DNA of 64,000 nt. Origin: an uncultured Gemmatimonadales bacterium. Its GTDB lineage: Bacteria; Gemmatimonadota; Gemmatimonadetes; Gemmatimonadales; GWC2-71-9. Shown here piece by piece: positions 21,377 to 31,894 of the stretch. Location of the stretch: positions 64,001-128,000 of the forward strand of contig CAVVKJ010000008.1 in the NCBI GenBank assembly GCA_963748815.1, written 5' to 3'. Both the position numbers and the translations under genes were made by a program. The notes beneath the pieces are model-generated. The model saw nothing but the letters and a program-made list of their open reading frames with translations. It was not told where the DNA came from and did not search any database. Numbering within the stretch: the stretch's first letter is position 1; each line of letters begins with the position of its first letter.

Positions 21377-22048
21377 TCAGGTCGCGCCCACGTCCAACCC
21401 CGCCTCCAGCGCGAACCGCGTCAGCCCCGCCACCGTGCGGATCCGAAGCTTCCGCATCAGGCTCTCCCGGTGCGTCTCCACCGTCCGGTGGCTGATCCCG
21501 AACCGCGCCGCGATCTCCTTGTTGGTCTCCCCCTTCACGATGCCCAGCAGTACGTCTCGCTCCCGGCCGGTGAGCGCGTCCAGCGCCTGCCCCCGCTGCG
21601 CCTCCTCGAGCTCGCCCCGCACCGCGGTCGTCAGCATCGCGGCGATGCGCTGGCTGTAGTACGACTCCCCCGCGTGCACCGCCGACACCGCGGCCCGCAG
21701 TTCGGTGGCGGCCAGGTCCTTCAGCAGATACGCGTGCGCCCCCGCCCGCACCGCCTCCAGCACGTACTCCGGATTGTCGTGCATGCTGAGGATGACCACC
21801 CGCACGTCGGGCAGTTCCTCGTGCAGCGCCGCCGCCACCTGCAGTCCGGTCATCCCCGGCATCGTAATGTCGAGCACCGCCACGTCAGGCGTCGCCTCCC
21901 GCGCCAACGCCAGCGCCTCGTCGCCGCTCGCCGCCTCGGCGACCACCTCGAACCCCGGTTCCTGCCGGAAGACGTGGCGAATGCCCTCGCGGACAATGGC
22001 GTGGTCGTCGGCGATCAGGATGCGAATGGGGCTGGCGCTGTCAGTCAT
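21377..22048 (-). CDS. NarL/FixJ family response regulator (REC + LuxR HTH)
   Basis: IADDH, LDITMP, LTGRERDVL, NKEIA, TVETHR. Confidence 0.95.
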   Translation of the reverse strand: MTDSASPIRILIADDHAIVREGIRHVFRQEPGFEVVAEAASGDEALALAREATPDVAVLDITMPGMTGLQVAAALHEELPDVRVVILSMHDNPEYVLEAVRAGAHAYLLKDLAATELRAAVSAVHAGESYYSQRIAAMLTTAVRGELEEAQRGQALDALTGRERDVLLGIVKGETNKEIAARFGISHRTVETHRESLMRKLRIRTVAGLTRFALEAGLDVGAT

Positions 22049-23831
22049 GCGTCGGTCCTCGGCTGGTGGTGTCCGGCGTGGTGGCGTCGCGCGGGAGGCC
22101 GACCCGCACCCGGAGCCCCTTGCCCGCGGGCGCCTCGATGGAAACGGTGCCGCCGAGCGCCCCGATCCGCTCCCGCATGCCGGTGATCCCCATGTGTCCC
22201 GGACGCTCGATCGTGTCGGGGGTGATGCCCGCCGGCAGGCCCCGGCCGTCGTCCTGGACCGTCAAGGTCAGCCCGCGGTCGGCCTGGGATATCGTGACGG
22301 TGATCGAGCGTGCTTCGGCGTGACGCGCCACGTTGGACAGCGCCTCCTGCAACGCCCGGAAGAGCGCAAGTTCGGCGTCCTTGGAGAGCGGGCGCAGGGT
22401 GGCCGGCGCGTCGAGTGTCACCACCAGCCCGCTCCGCTGCGTAAACTCGGTAATCAGCGAGCGGAGCGCCGGCAGCAGGCCGAGATCGTCGAGCAGCGAC
22501 GGCCGCAGCGAATGCACCACGCTCCGGATGCCGCGGATGCCGGTGTCGACCAGGTCGAGCGCGTGGTCGATCCGCACGGTCGCCTCGGGGGGCACTCCGT
22601 TCCGCAGGACGCCCAGCTCCATCTTGACCGCCGAAAAGACTTGTGCTGTCTCGTCGTGGAGTTCGCGGCTGAGGCGGCGCCGTTCCTCCTCGTGCTGCTC
22701 CACCATGCGGGCGGAGAGCCGCGCCAGTTCCACCGTGCGCGCGTGGAGCCGGCGGGTCAGGTCGGCGTTGGCGAGGCCCGCCCCCACCTGCTGGCCCAGC
22801 GTCACCATGAACCCCTCGTCGAGGGCGGCGAAGGGATCGCGCGCGTTCCCCGTCAGGACCAGCGCGCCGGACGCCTCGGTCCCCCGGAAGACCGGGAGGA
22901 CCGCTTCGAAGAGATGCTCCCGGCCCTTTCGGAGCGCGGAGGAGCCCAGCTGGGGGCGCCCGGTGAGCATCGCCTGCTGCAGGCGCGCCGCCAGCTCCGG
23001 CGGCGGCGCGGGTGGCCACCCGGCGCAGGCGCCGGCGCCGCGCACGCAGTGGACTCCATCGTCGCCGCGCATGTAGAGCGCCGTGCCGCTGACCGCCGGC
23101 AGCGCCAGCGGGCGCTCGAGCAGTGCCGCGAGCACGTCCTGGTCTTCACGCCCCGCCCGCTGCAGGTCGCCGGAGAGCGCGCCCAGCGCGCTGAGCCCGC
23201 GGCGCAGGTCGTCGAGCACCAGGAGGAGGATGCCGGTCCCCACCGCCAGCTCGAAGAAGATGTCGAGGTAGTAGCCCCACGGATTCCACGCCCCCTGGGC
23301 CCGGAGTATCAGGTAGTCGAGGTGATGGACGCCCCAGAGGGTGAAGGCGCCGGCCAGGAGTCCCGCGCCGGTGCCCCCCACCCGGTCGAAGTGCCGGAAG
23401 AACACCCACCCCGTAGCGAGCGTGGCGAAGGAGAGGAACAGCACCGCCGGCAGCGCGGCCCAGACGAAGTGGTCGAGGCGGTAGATCGCGATGTACGACC
23501 AGACCGGCGGAAAGAGGGCGACGAGGAAGTACCGGTGCCGCCACCGCGGCTGGCGGACGAAGACCAGCGCCGCCCAGAGCAGCGCCAGCGCCGTCCATCC
23601 CGTGAAGACCTGGTGCCAGTAGAGCCACCCCGGCCGGGCGGTGGCCAGGAAGCTGAGGATGGCCCACATCCGCAGGACGTACATGGCCCACGCCGCGGCG
23701 AACCAGGCGAAATAGGGCTTGCGGTACCGCCGATACAGGTGGAGGCAGAGCGCGGCCAGCGCCGCGAGGATGACCGCCTCGAGGATGGCGGCCGCGCGCT
23801 CCATGCCGATCGGTGGGAGGGGCAGTTGCAT
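22041..23831 (-). CDS. Membrane sensor histidine kinase (multi-TM + GAF-like + HisKA_3 + HATPase)
   Basis: ERRRLSRELHDETAQ, QEALSNVARHA, DDGRG, GITGMRER; ATG at 23831. Confidence 0.92.
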   Translation of the reverse strand: MQLPLPPIGMERAAAILEAVILAALAALCLHLYRRYRKPYFAWFAAAWAMYVLRMWAILSFLATARPGWLYWHQVFTGWTALALLWAALVFVRQPRWRHRYFLVALFPPVWSYIAIYRLDHFVWAALPAVLFLSFATLATGWVFFRHFDRVGGTGAGLLAGAFTLWGVHHLDYLILRAQGAWNPWGYYLDIFFELAVGTGILLLVLDDLRRGLSALGALSGDLQRAGREDQDVLAALLERPLALPAVSGTALYMRGDDGVHCVRGAGACAGWPPAPPPELAARLQQAMLTGRPQLGSSALRKGREHLFEAVLPVFRGTEASGALVLTGNARDPFAALDEGFMVTLGQQVGAGLANADLTRRLHARTVELARLSARMVEQHEEERRRLSRELHDETAQVFSAVKMELGVLRNGVPPEATVRIDHALDLVDTGIRGIRSVVHSLRPSLLDDLGLLPALRSLITEFTQRSGLVVTLDAPATLRPLSKDAELALFRALQEALSNVARHAEARSITVTISQADRGLTLTVQDDGRGLPAGITPDTIERPGHMGITGMRERIGALGGTVSIEAPAGKGLRVRVGLPRDATTPDTTSRGPTHD

Positions 23832-23900
23832 CCCTGCAAGATATTCGGGAAACGGGCCCGCCGCCGTCCGGTTCGCGGGTCGGCCCGCCGGGGTATAGCT

Positions 23901-25313
23901 TTGACGGCACCCCCGGAAGGAGCAGGCTTGGGCGCTGGACAGGGATCCACACCGTTCGCCACCGCGTACGGCCGCCTCATCGCCGCCTACCGCGCCGGTC
24001 CGACGGCGGAGCCGGAGGCTGCCGCCCTGCTCGCCGAGGTGGCGGCACTGGTGGCCACACGGCCCGTGTCCGTCGAGGCGGGGCTCTTCCTCTCCGGCGA
24101 ATACGACACCGCGAACCTCCGGTCGCACCTCCTGCGCCGGCAGGTTGAACTCCTGTCCGTGGCCGCGGGCGCCCCCGCCGATGCGCTCGAGTCGCTGGCG
24201 CGCGCGCTGGGCGGGGACGCGCCGCTTCCCGAGCACGCGGCGCTGCGCTACGAAATGGTGACGCAGGTCGTTCCGGTGTCCCGGGCGCACACCCCGACGG
24301 CCAAGGCGGTCGCGGCCCCGCCGCCGCTCTTCCTGATGGGTGCCGAGGTGTTCGCGGACGAGGATGATCGCGCCCCCTCGGCGTTTGGCGCCGAGGTCGC
24401 CGCGCTCACCGCGGAACTCGGCTCCGCCCGCGAACGGGGAGCCTGGATGGAGGCGCTGCACGCCGCGCAGGCGCTGGTGCGGCTCAGCGGCCGCGTCCCG
24501 GAGATGGACCGGCGCACGGTGGCCATCACCGCCCGCCGCGCGCTCTCACGCCCGATGCTGATCGGGATCATTGAACACGCCATCCGCACGCCGGAGGAGC
24601 AGGCGCGCGCCGCGGAAGTGCTGCAGTGGCGCGGCGGCGAGGCCGCTGACCTGATGCTCGAGGCCGTCCGGAAGACCGAATCCCCCGAACCGCATCGCTT
24701 CCTCCTCGACGCCCTCGCCCGCATGCCCGACGCCGTCCCACTCCTGGTCCCGATGCTCCGGAGCCCGCACTGGCACGAGGCGCGGCACGCGGCGGAGATC
24801 CTGGGCCGGCAGATGGTCCCCGACGCCCTCCCCGCCCTCCGCGCGCTGCTCGCCCACCCCGAGGCACGGCTGCGCGGCGCCGTCCTCGATGCGTTGGCGC
24901 GCTACCCGGCACAGTACGGGACCGAGGCGCTGCGGGAAGGACTCTCCCACCCGACTCCCGAGACGAGGCAGGACGCGGCGACAGCCATCGGGAGGCGCGG
25001 GGGCGGCGCCTTGGCGATGCCGCTCCTGGCCGCCATCGAGGCGGAGCGGGACCACGCCACGTGGAAGGTGATGCTCGCCGCCCTCGGGCGGATCGAGGCG
25101 CCCGAAGCCGCCGCCGCCATGAGCTCGGTCGCGCTCCGCCGGCGAGGATTTCTTTCGCGCGGGGGGTTTTCGCTGGCGCAGCGGCTCGAGGTCGTGGCGG
25201 TCCTGGCGGCCTCGCCGACCAGGGCGGCCAGGCAGGCGTTGACGAGGGTGGCGCGGGAGGCGGAGGGGGAGGTCGGTGCGGCGGCCCGGGGGGAGCTGGA
25301 CCGCCGCGCCTGA
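23901..25313 (+). CDS. HEAT-repeat-containing protein
   Basis: C-terminal part of ORF 21705..25313 (TTG at 23901, start uncertain); repeats such as WHEARHAAEILG and ETRQDAATAIG. Confidence 0.72.
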   Translation: MTAPPEGAGLGAGQGSTPFATAYGRLIAAYRAGPTAEPEAAALLAEVAALVATRPVSVEAGLFLSGEYDTANLRSHLLRRQVELLSVAAGAPADALESLARALGGDAPLPEHAALRYEMVTQVVPVSRAHTPTAKAVAAPPPLFLMGAEVFADEDDRAPSAFGAEVAALTAELGSARERGAWMEALHAAQALVRLSGRVPEMDRRTVAITARRALSRPMLIGIIEHAIRTPEEQARAAEVLQWRGGEAADLMLEAVRKTESPEPHRFLLDALARMPDAVPLLVPMLRSPHWHEARHAAEILGRQMVPDALPALRALLAHPEARLRGAVLDALARYPAQYGTEALREGLSHPTPETRQDAATAIGRRGGGALAMPLLAAIEAERDHATWKVMLAALGRIEAPEAAAAMSSVALRRRGFLSRGGFSLAQRLEVVAVLAASPTRAARQALTRVAREAEGEVGAAARGELDRRA

Positions 25314-25319
25314 CCGGGG

Positions 25320-25964
25320 CTACAGGCGGTGCACTTCCAGCTTCTGGAGGTGGATGCTGAGGTTATGGTTGACCCGCACGCCGACCACGCCCTTGGTGTC
25401 GACGTCCGCGGCCTTCGCCGAATGGACTTCCTTCCCGTTCACCATGAACGACACCGTGCCGTCCTTGATCAGGACCGTCAGCTCGTTGCTGGCGTTGCCC
25501 TCGGCGTCCACCGCCTTGATGGCGTCGTTGGCGGTCCAGTCCACGACCTTCGTGGTCTTGTCACCCATCCGCCGCTTGATCAGGAACTTCCCGTCGCCGC
25601 GGATCAGGAAATAGGTGTACGCCTGGTCCGGCCCCTGGAGATCCTGTCCACCGATGAACATCCCGTAAGACTCGGCGTGCATGGGCTTCGGCGGGGTGCT
25701 GTGCAGCAGGGCGACCAGGTGGGCATTCCCGCTGGTGGTGTCGGTCGGCTGGTAGAAGATGGCCGCCGGCCCGAGGGTGATGTGCCAGCCCGGCGCCATA
25801 TCCACGAAGCTCACCTTGGTGAGCGGCGCGCTGCCGTCCACCCGCGCCATCCACCCCTTGGGGAGGGTGCCGCTGCCCTGCACGGCCTTGTCGGGATCGG
25901 CCTGGCCGAACGCGGGCGCGGCCAGCGCCAGGCTGAGGGCGGAAATCGCAAGAAGTCGTCGCAT
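25320..25964 (-). CDS. Secreted beta-sandwich hypothetical protein (DUF1080-like)
   Basis: Signal peptide MRRLLAISALSLALAAPAFG; beta-rich body; gagg RBS. Confidence 0.75.
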   Translation of the reverse strand: MRRLLAISALSLALAAPAFGQADPDKAVQGSGTLPKGWMARVDGSAPLTKVSFVDMAPGWHITLGPAAIFYQPTDTTSGNAHLVALLHSTPPKPMHAESYGMFIGGQDLQGPDQAYTYFLIRGDGKFLIKRRMGDKTTKVVDWTANDAIKAVDAEGNASNELTVLIKDGTVSFMVNGKEVHSAKAADVDTKGVVGVRVNHNLSIHLQKLEVHRL

Positions 25965-26076
25965 AGGGACCTCGAATGTGCGGGGGAAGTGTATGGGGGG
26001 GCGCCGGTTGCGAGGCGCTCCCGATCGGTATAAGCTACTCCGTTGACTGTCGGATGTTAACCCCGGGGAGCGCGCA

Positions 26077-26241
26077 ATGTTCGGTTTCGTCGAGATGCTG
26101 CTGGCGGGCGTGGGGGCAGGGATGATCCTGCTGGCCCTGACCTTCGTGTCCGCGCTCATCGGAGTCCTCGTCAATGCGATGATCGCCCTCTTTGCCGGGC
26201 CGGTCATCGATCAGGTCCTGGCCCGGAAGGCCGCCCGCTGA
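26077..26241 (+). CDS. 54-aa hydrophobic membrane peptide
   Basis: ggggag RBS; MFGFVEMLLAGVGAGMILLALTFVSALIGVLVNAMIALFAGPVIDQVLARKAAR; below the ORF-track cutoff. Confidence 0.6.
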   Translation: MFGFVEMLLAGVGAGMILLALTFVSALIGVLVNAMIALFAGPVIDQVLARKAAR

Positions 26242-26275
26242 TCCCCCCGGGCGGCCGCCAGACGCCGCCCTAGCC

Positions 26276-26358
26276 GGAATCCTTTCCTTCCAGCGTTCGT
26301 ACGTGTATCCTAGACCCCGCCCTCGAGGCGGGAACTTTTCGTAACTCCAAGCCGTATA
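26276..26358 (+). promoter_or_regulatory. Two tandem ECF-sigma-like promoters
   Basis: GGAATC-N16-CGTA (26276-26301) and GGAACT-N16-CGTATA (26331-26358). Confidence 0.45.
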
Positions 26359-26436
26359 AGCATCTTCGCCACGTGAGCCGGGGTCCGGTCTTCACCGGAG
26401 CCCCCGCGCCCTCGGCCTGTTCAGGAAATCGGCCCC

Positions 26437-29400
26437 ATGTTTCTCTCGGATATTTCCGTCAAGCGGCCCGTCCTCGCGACGATGATGAGCCTGGCCATCG
26501 TGCTCTTCGGGGCCATCGGCTACACCCGGCTCAGCGTCCGCGAGTACCCCGACATCGACCCCCCGATCATCTCGGTCTCCACCTTCCTCCCCGGCGCCAA
26601 TCCCCGGGTCATGGAGTCGGCGGTCACCGACATCCTCGAAGAGGAGCTGAGCACGGTCGAGGGACTCCGGACCCTGACCAGCACCAGCGGCGAGCAATCC
26701 AGCAACATCACCCTCGAGTTCAACCTGGGCCGCAGCGTCGAGAGCGCGGCCCAGGACGTCCGCGACAAGGTGAGCCGGGTGCGCGGCAGGCTCCCCCGGG
26801 AAGTGCTGGAGCCGGTCATCGCCAAGCAGGACGCGGACGCCCAGCCCTTCTACTGGCTCGCCCTCTCGGGCGAGAACTACAAGCTGCTGGACCTCTCGGA
26901 CATCGGCGACCGTGTGGTGAAGCAGCGGCTCCAGTCCATTCCGGGAGTCGGCAACTCGTTCATCGCGGGCGAGCGCCGCATCTCGATGCGGATCTGGATT
27001 TCGGCGAAGGAACTCGCCGCCCGCGGCCTGACCGTGCAGAACGTCGAGGCCGCCATCCGCAGCCGGAACGTGGAAATCCCCGCCGGCCGGATCGAGTCCG
27101 ACAACCGGGAGTTCACCGTCCGATCCCTGGGCGAGCTCAAGACCCCGCAGGAATTCGGCGACCTCGTCGTCGCCAACCAGGACGGCCAGCTGGTGCGGTT
27201 GCGCGACCTCGCGCGCGTCGAGCTCGGTCCCCGGGACGAGCGCAGCGTGCTGCGGTTCAACGGCACCTCGGCCGTCGCCGTCGGCATCGTGCGGCAGTCG
27301 AAGGCCAACATGGTGGACGTGGCAGATTCGATCCGCGCTGCGCTGCCGAAGATCGAGGAGGCGCTGCCCCCCGGGGTGCAGCTCCGCACCGCCTTCGACC
27401 AGTCCATTTACGTCAAGCGCTCCATCAGCGAGACGATCGACACGCTCTTCCTGGCGTTCGGGCTGGTGGTCATCATCATCTTCCTGTTCCTCCGGAACCT
27501 GCGCGCCACCATCATCCCCGGCCTGGCCATCCCGGTCTCGATCGTCGGCGCGTTCGGGGTGATGTACTTCCTCGGCTTCTCCGTCAACACCTTTACCCTG
27601 CTGGCCCTCATCCTGGCCATCGGCCTCGTCGTGGACGACGCCATCATCGTGCTGGAGAACGCCTACCGGCACCAGGAGGAACTCGGGGAGGACCCGGAGA
27701 CCGCCGCGATGCGCGGCACCAGCGAGATCGGCTTCGCCGTCATCGCCACCACCGTCTCCCTGGTGGCCGTCTTCGCCCCGCTCGCCTTCCTGCAGGGCAC
27801 GACGGGTCGTCTCTTCAACGAGTTCGGCGTGGCGCTGGCCGGCTCCGTCGTCATCTCCGGATTCGTGGCGCTCACGCTCACGCCGATGCTCTGCGCCCGG
27901 ATCCTCCGGGTGCCGAAGAGTCACGGCGCCGTCTACCAGAGCCTCGAACGCGGCCTCAACTGGCTGGCGGTCACCTACGCCGCCACCCTGGCCTGGGCCA
28001 TCCGCCACCGGACGGTGGTCATCGCCGGCGCCGGCGTCTCCCTCGTGGTGGCGTACGTCACCTTCAACACGCTCAAGCGCGAGTTTATCCCCGCGGAGGA
28101 TCGCGGCTTCTTCATGGCCGCCACCACCGCGCCGCAGGGCTCCACCGTCCAGTACACCGACGGGTACCAGCAGCAGGTCGAGGCGGTGATGGCCGGGGTC
28201 CCGGAAATCAACTCCTACTTCAGCGTCGTCGGGTTCGGCGGCGACGTGAGCGGCGGCTTCCTGTTCGTGAACATGAAGGACTGGCGCGACCGGGTCCGCA
28301 GCACGCAGGAGGTCATCGGCGGGATCATGCCGCAGCTCTTCGGGATTCCGGGCGTGATGGCGTTTGCCTTCGCACCCTCGCCGATCGGCGGGTTCGGGAG
28401 CCCGGTGCAGTTCGTGGTGCAGCACCCAGACTTCGATTCGCTGGCGGCGGTCATGCCCGCCTTCCTGGCCCGTGCCAGCCAGATCCCGGGGCTGGTCAAC
28501 GTCCAGTCCAGTCTCAAGGTCAACAAGCCGGAGCTGACCGTCCGGTACGACCGCGACCGCGCGGAGGATCTCGGCGTTTCCGTGTCGGACGTCGGCTCCA
28601 CGCTCGAGACGATGCTCGGCGGCCGGCGCGTCAGCACCTTCACCCGGGACAACAAGCTCTACGACGTGATGGTGCAGCTGAGCCCCGACGATCGCGCCAC
28701 GCCGTCGGACATGACCTCGCTCTACGTCCGCGGCCGCGCCGGGCAGCTGATCAACCTGGCCGCCGTCACCACGGTGGACGAGGGGGTCGGTCCGCAGCGA
28801 CTGTTCCACTACAACCGGGTGCCGTCGTTCACCATCAGCGCCAACCCCCTCCCCGGGTTCACCCTCGGCGAGGCGCTCGACAGCCTGAACGCGGTGGCGG
28901 CGGAACTCCTGCCACGCGGCGGCTCCACCGCGCTGAGCGGCGAGCTCCGGGAGTTCGCCGAAAGCGGCACGGCGCTCTACTTCGCCTTCCTGCTGGCGCT
29001 CCTGGTGGTGTACATGGTGCTGGCGGCGCAGTTCGAATCGCTGGTGCACCCCTTTACGGTGCTGCTCGCGGTGCCGCTGGCGGTCACCGGCGCGCTGGTG
29101 ACGCTGTTCTTCACCGGCGCCACCCTGAACCTCTACAGCCAGATCGGCATGATCCTGCTCATCGGGCTCGCGTCGAAGAACTCGATCCTCCTCGTCGAGT
29201 ACGCCAACCAGCTCCGTGAACAGGGCAAGGGGCTGCTCGAGGCCACGCTCGAGGCGGGCCGGGTGCGGCTCCGCCCGATCCTGATGACCGCCTTCGCCAC
29301 GATCTTCGGCGCCCTGCCGATCGCGCTGGGCCTCTCCGCCGGCTCCGAGAGCCGCCAGCCGCTGGGGTACGTGATCGTCGGCGGCATGTTCGTGTCCACC

Positions 29401-29511
29401 TTCCTGACCCTGTACCTCGTTCCGGTGGTGTACGTGCTGCTTGAAACCCTGCGCGAAAAGCTGGGCGCCCGCCGGCACGCCGTGGCGGCATCGCCCGAGG
29501 GGATCGCATGA
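26437..29511 (+). CDS. RND efflux permease (AcrB/MexW-like)
   Basis: [55 protein letters not shown]. Confidence 0.95.
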   Translation: MFLSDISVKRPVLATMMSLAIVLFGAIGYTRLSVREYPDIDPPIISVSTFLPGANPRVMESAVTDILEEELSTVEGLRTLTSTSGEQSSNITLEFNLGRSVESAAQDVRDKVSRVRGRLPREVLEPVIAKQDADAQPFYWLALSGENYKLLDLSDIGDRVVKQRLQSIPGVGNSFIAGERRISMRIWISAKELAARGLTVQNVEAAIRSRNVEIPAGRIESDNREFTVRSLGELKTPQEFGDLVVANQDGQLVRLRDLARVELGPRDERSVLRFNGTSAVAVGIVRQSKANMVDVADSIRAALPKIEEALPPGVQLRTAFDQSIYVKRSISETIDTLFLAFGLVVIIIFLFLRNLRATIIPGLAIPVSIVGAFGVMYFLGFSVNTFTLLALILAIGLVVDDAIIVLENAYRHQEELGEDPETAAMRGTSEIGFAVIATTVSLVAVFAPLAFLQGTTGRLFNEFGVALAGSVVISGFVALTLTPMLCARILRVPKSHGAVYQSLERGLNWLAVTYAATLAWAIRHRTVVIAGAGVSLVVAYVTFNTLKREFIPAEDRGFFMAATTAPQGSTVQYTDGYQQQVEAVMAGVPEINSYFSVVGFGGDVSGGFLFVNMKDWRDRVRSTQEVIGGIMPQLFGIPGVMAFAFAPSPIGGFGSPVQFVVQHPDFDSLAAVMPAFLARASQIPGLVNVQSSLKVNKPELTVRYDRDRAEDLGVSVSDVGSTLETMLGGRRVSTFTRDNKLYDVMVQLSPDDRATPSDMTSLYVRGRAGQLINLAAVTTVDEGVGPQRLFHYNRVPSFTISANPLPGFTLGEALDSLNAVAAELLPRGGSTALSGELREFAESGTALYFAFLLALLVVYMVLAAQFESLVHPFTVLLAVPLAVTGALVTLFFTGATLNLYSQIGMILLIGLASKNSILLVEYANQLREQGKGLLEATLEAGRVRLRPILMTAFATIFGALPIALGLSAGSESRQPLGYVIVGGMFVSTFLTLYLVPVVYVLLETLREKLGARRHAVAASPEGIA

Positions 29512-30818
29512 TCGCGCTGCCCCTGCTCGCGCTGCTCCAGATGGCGCCGGCCCACCGGGTGCCGCCGGTGGCGTCGCCGGACTCCATGCCGTCGGTCACC
29601 CTCGCCGAGGCGCTCCGCGAGGCCACCCGCTTCGACCCGAACTACGTGCAGGCCGCCGGGTTCGTGGCCGAGGCCACCTGGGTCCGCCGCGCCGCGATGC
29701 TCGTGTTCGTGCTGCCGTCGATCACGGCGTCCGTCGATTTCACCGGCTCCACCACGCCCTCGTTCAACTTCGGCACCAACAGCCTGTCGAGCACGATCGT
29801 GACGGCGCGGCTCGATGCGCGGTACGATCTCTTCACCGGCGGCCGCAAGGTGGCCGACTACCAGCGGGCGACGGCGGCGCTGCAGGGCGCGGTCGCCAAC
29901 GAGGCCGGCGCCAGCTTCCTCGCCGCCGCCCAGACCGAGGCCACCTTCTACGACGTCCTCGCGCGGAAGGGGCTGGTGGGCGTCGCCCAGCGGCGGGTCG
30001 AGCGGGCCCAGTCGCAGCTCGACATCTCGCGGGCGCGCGTCCTCTCCGGGGCCGCGGTGCAGACCGACTCGCTGCAGGTGCTCCTGGAATTCACGCGCGC
30101 CCGGGTCGACCTGCTCCGCGAGGCCGCGGGGCTTGAGGTGGCGCGCGCGGAGCTGGGTCGCCGGGTGGGTCTCGCGGTGGCGGTCGATGCCGCAGGCTCG
30201 GACACGACGACCGCGCCCGCCCTTCCGGTCACGCTCGAGGAGGCGGTGCAGATCGCGCTCGCCCAGGGTCCCGACATCCGCGTGGCCGAGGCGGAGGCCC
30301 GCGCCACCGCCGCGACCGTGCGGGCCCGGAAGGCCTTCTTCCTGCCGTGGGTGAGCCTCTCCGGAAGCGCCGCCGCCTACGACGACAAGTTCTGGCCGAC
30401 GGCCGCCGACCGCACCTCGGGGTCGCTGACCATCAGCCTCCCGATCTGGAACAACGGCGTCCGCGAAATCGCCCTCGCGCAGGCCAATGCGGCCAACGAC
30501 GTGGCCATCGCCGTGCGCGACGACCTGCAGCGTGGCGCGCTCGCCGACGTGACCCGGAGCTACAGCGCCTACGAGACGGCGGCCGCCGCGGCGGAGCTCG
30601 CGGCGGAGGCGGTCATCGTGGCGCAGGAGAACTACCGGGTGCAGGAAACCCGCTACCGCGCCGGCGCCGTGGACATCATCGAATTCCTGAACGGCCAGGT
30701 CGACCTGGCCGACGCCGAATCGGGGCTCGTGCAGGCCCGCTACGCCACCAAGCTCGCGCTGGCCGGACTCGAAGTGATTCTCGGCCGCCGCCTCTTTCCC
30801 AGCGAGAACTCCCAGTGA
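29508..30818 (+). CDS. TolC family protein
   Basis: Signal peptide; two OEP-like repeats; RYRAGAVDIIEFL. Confidence 0.88.
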   Translation: MIALPLLALLQMAPAHRVPPVASPDSMPSVTLAEALREATRFDPNYVQAAGFVAEATWVRRAAMLVFVLPSITASVDFTGSTTPSFNFGTNSLSSTIVTARLDARYDLFTGGRKVADYQRATAALQGAVANEAGASFLAAAQTEATFYDVLARKGLVGVAQRRVERAQSQLDISRARVLSGAAVQTDSLQVLLEFTRARVDLLREAAGLEVARAELGRRVGLAVAVDAAGSDTTTAPALPVTLEEAVQIALAQGPDIRVAEAEARATAATVRARKAFFLPWVSLSGSAAAYDDKFWPTAADRTSGSLTISLPIWNNGVREIALAQANAANDVAIAVRDDLQRGALADVTRSYSAYETAAAAAELAAEAVIVAQENYRVQETRYRAGAVDIIEFLNGQVDLADAESGLVQARYATKLALAGLEVILGRRLFPSENSQ

Positions 30819-31894
30819 CCCGTACCCCGACCCTCCTCCTCCTCGCCCTCTTCGCGGCGGCCTGTTCCAAGGGTGACCCCAACGCCGCCGGCCACGGCGG
30901 CCAGGGCGGCGGACCACCCGCCGCGCTCGTCGAGGTCGCCCTTGCCTACACCGACACCGTCGTGGACGCGATTGCCGCGACCGGCGAGATCGAGGCGGTC
31001 CAGTCCATCAATCTCCGCCCCGAAGTGGACGGCCGGATCGTCGGCATTCTTTTCCGGGAGGGCGACGAGGTGGCCGCCGGCACGCCGCTCTTCAAGGTGG
31101 ACGACGCGGAGCTCAAGGCGCAGGTGGCGCGGGCCGAGGCCGATCGCGACCTCGCCGCCCAGGCGCTGGCCCGCACCCGCCAGCTGATCACGGAGAAGGC
31201 GTCCTCGCAGGCCGACCTCGAACGCGCCGAAGCCACCGCGCGCAGCACCCAGGCGGCGCTCGACCTGCTGCAGCTCCGGCTGGAGCGCACCACCGTGCGC
31301 GCCCCGTTCGGCGGCGCCACCGGTCAGCGCATGGTGAGCCTGGGCGACTACGTCACCTCGTCGACCCAGCTGGTGTCGCTCCAGACGGTCAACCCGGAGC
31401 GCGCCGCGTTCCAGGTCCCTGAGCGCTATGCCGAACGGCTCCGCCGCGGCCAGGAAGTCACCTTCCGCGTGGCGGCGCTGCCCGGCCAGGAGTTCGTCGG
31501 CGTGGTCGACTTCGTGGACCCCGTCGTCCGGCTGCCGGGTCGGACCATCACGGTGAAGGCGCTGGTCCCCAATCCGAAGCGCACGCTGCAGGCGGGGATG
31601 TACGTCGACCTCCGGCTCGCCGCCGAGGTGCGCGCCAACGCCGTCGTGGTACCGGAGCAGTCCATCGTGCCGCTGCAGGGCGCCAACTTCGTGTACGTCG
31701 TGCAGGACGGCAAGGCGTCGCGGCGCCAGGTGGGCCTCGGTATCCGGGCCCCCGGGATCGCAGAGGTCCGCAGCGGTCTCGACGCGGGCGACACGGTGGT
31801 CATCGGCGGGGCGGAGCGACTCCAGGATGGAATGCCGGTGACGATCAAGCCGATGCCCGAGGTCGTGCCGCCCGCCCCGGGCGAGGGCTCCTGA
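30815..31894 (+). CDS. RND periplasmic adaptor (MFP) lipoprotein
   Basis: GTG at 30815 (GTGA overlap); AAAC lipobox; PEVDGRI, TTVRAPFGG, SGLDAGDTVV. Confidence 0.92.
   Translation: MTRTPTLLLLALFAAACSKGDPNAAGHGGQGGGPPAALVEVALAYTDTVVDAIAATGEIEAVQSINLRPEVDGRIVGILFREGDEVAAGTPLFKVDDAELKAQVARAEADRDLAAQALARTRQLITEKASSQADLERAEATARSTQAALDLLQLRLERTTVRAPFGGATGQRMVSLGDYVTSSTQLVSLQTVNPERAAFQVPERYAERLRRGQEVTFRVAALPGQEFVGVVDFVDPVVRLPGRTITVKALVPNPKRTLQAGMYVDLRLAAEVRANAVVVPEQSIVPLQGANFVYVVQDGKASRRQVGLGIRAPGIAEVRSGLDAGDTVVIGGAERLQDGMPVTIKPMPEVVPPAPGEGS

Noticed and set aside
21705..23900. Very long ORFs in the track (21705..25313 N-part, 52280..55564, 26392..29478, 945..3566 and similar)
   Set aside because: Antisense or off-frame shadows of real genes in high-GC DNA; Arg/Pro/Gly-rich with no motifs. 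Only the sub-segments listed as features are supported.
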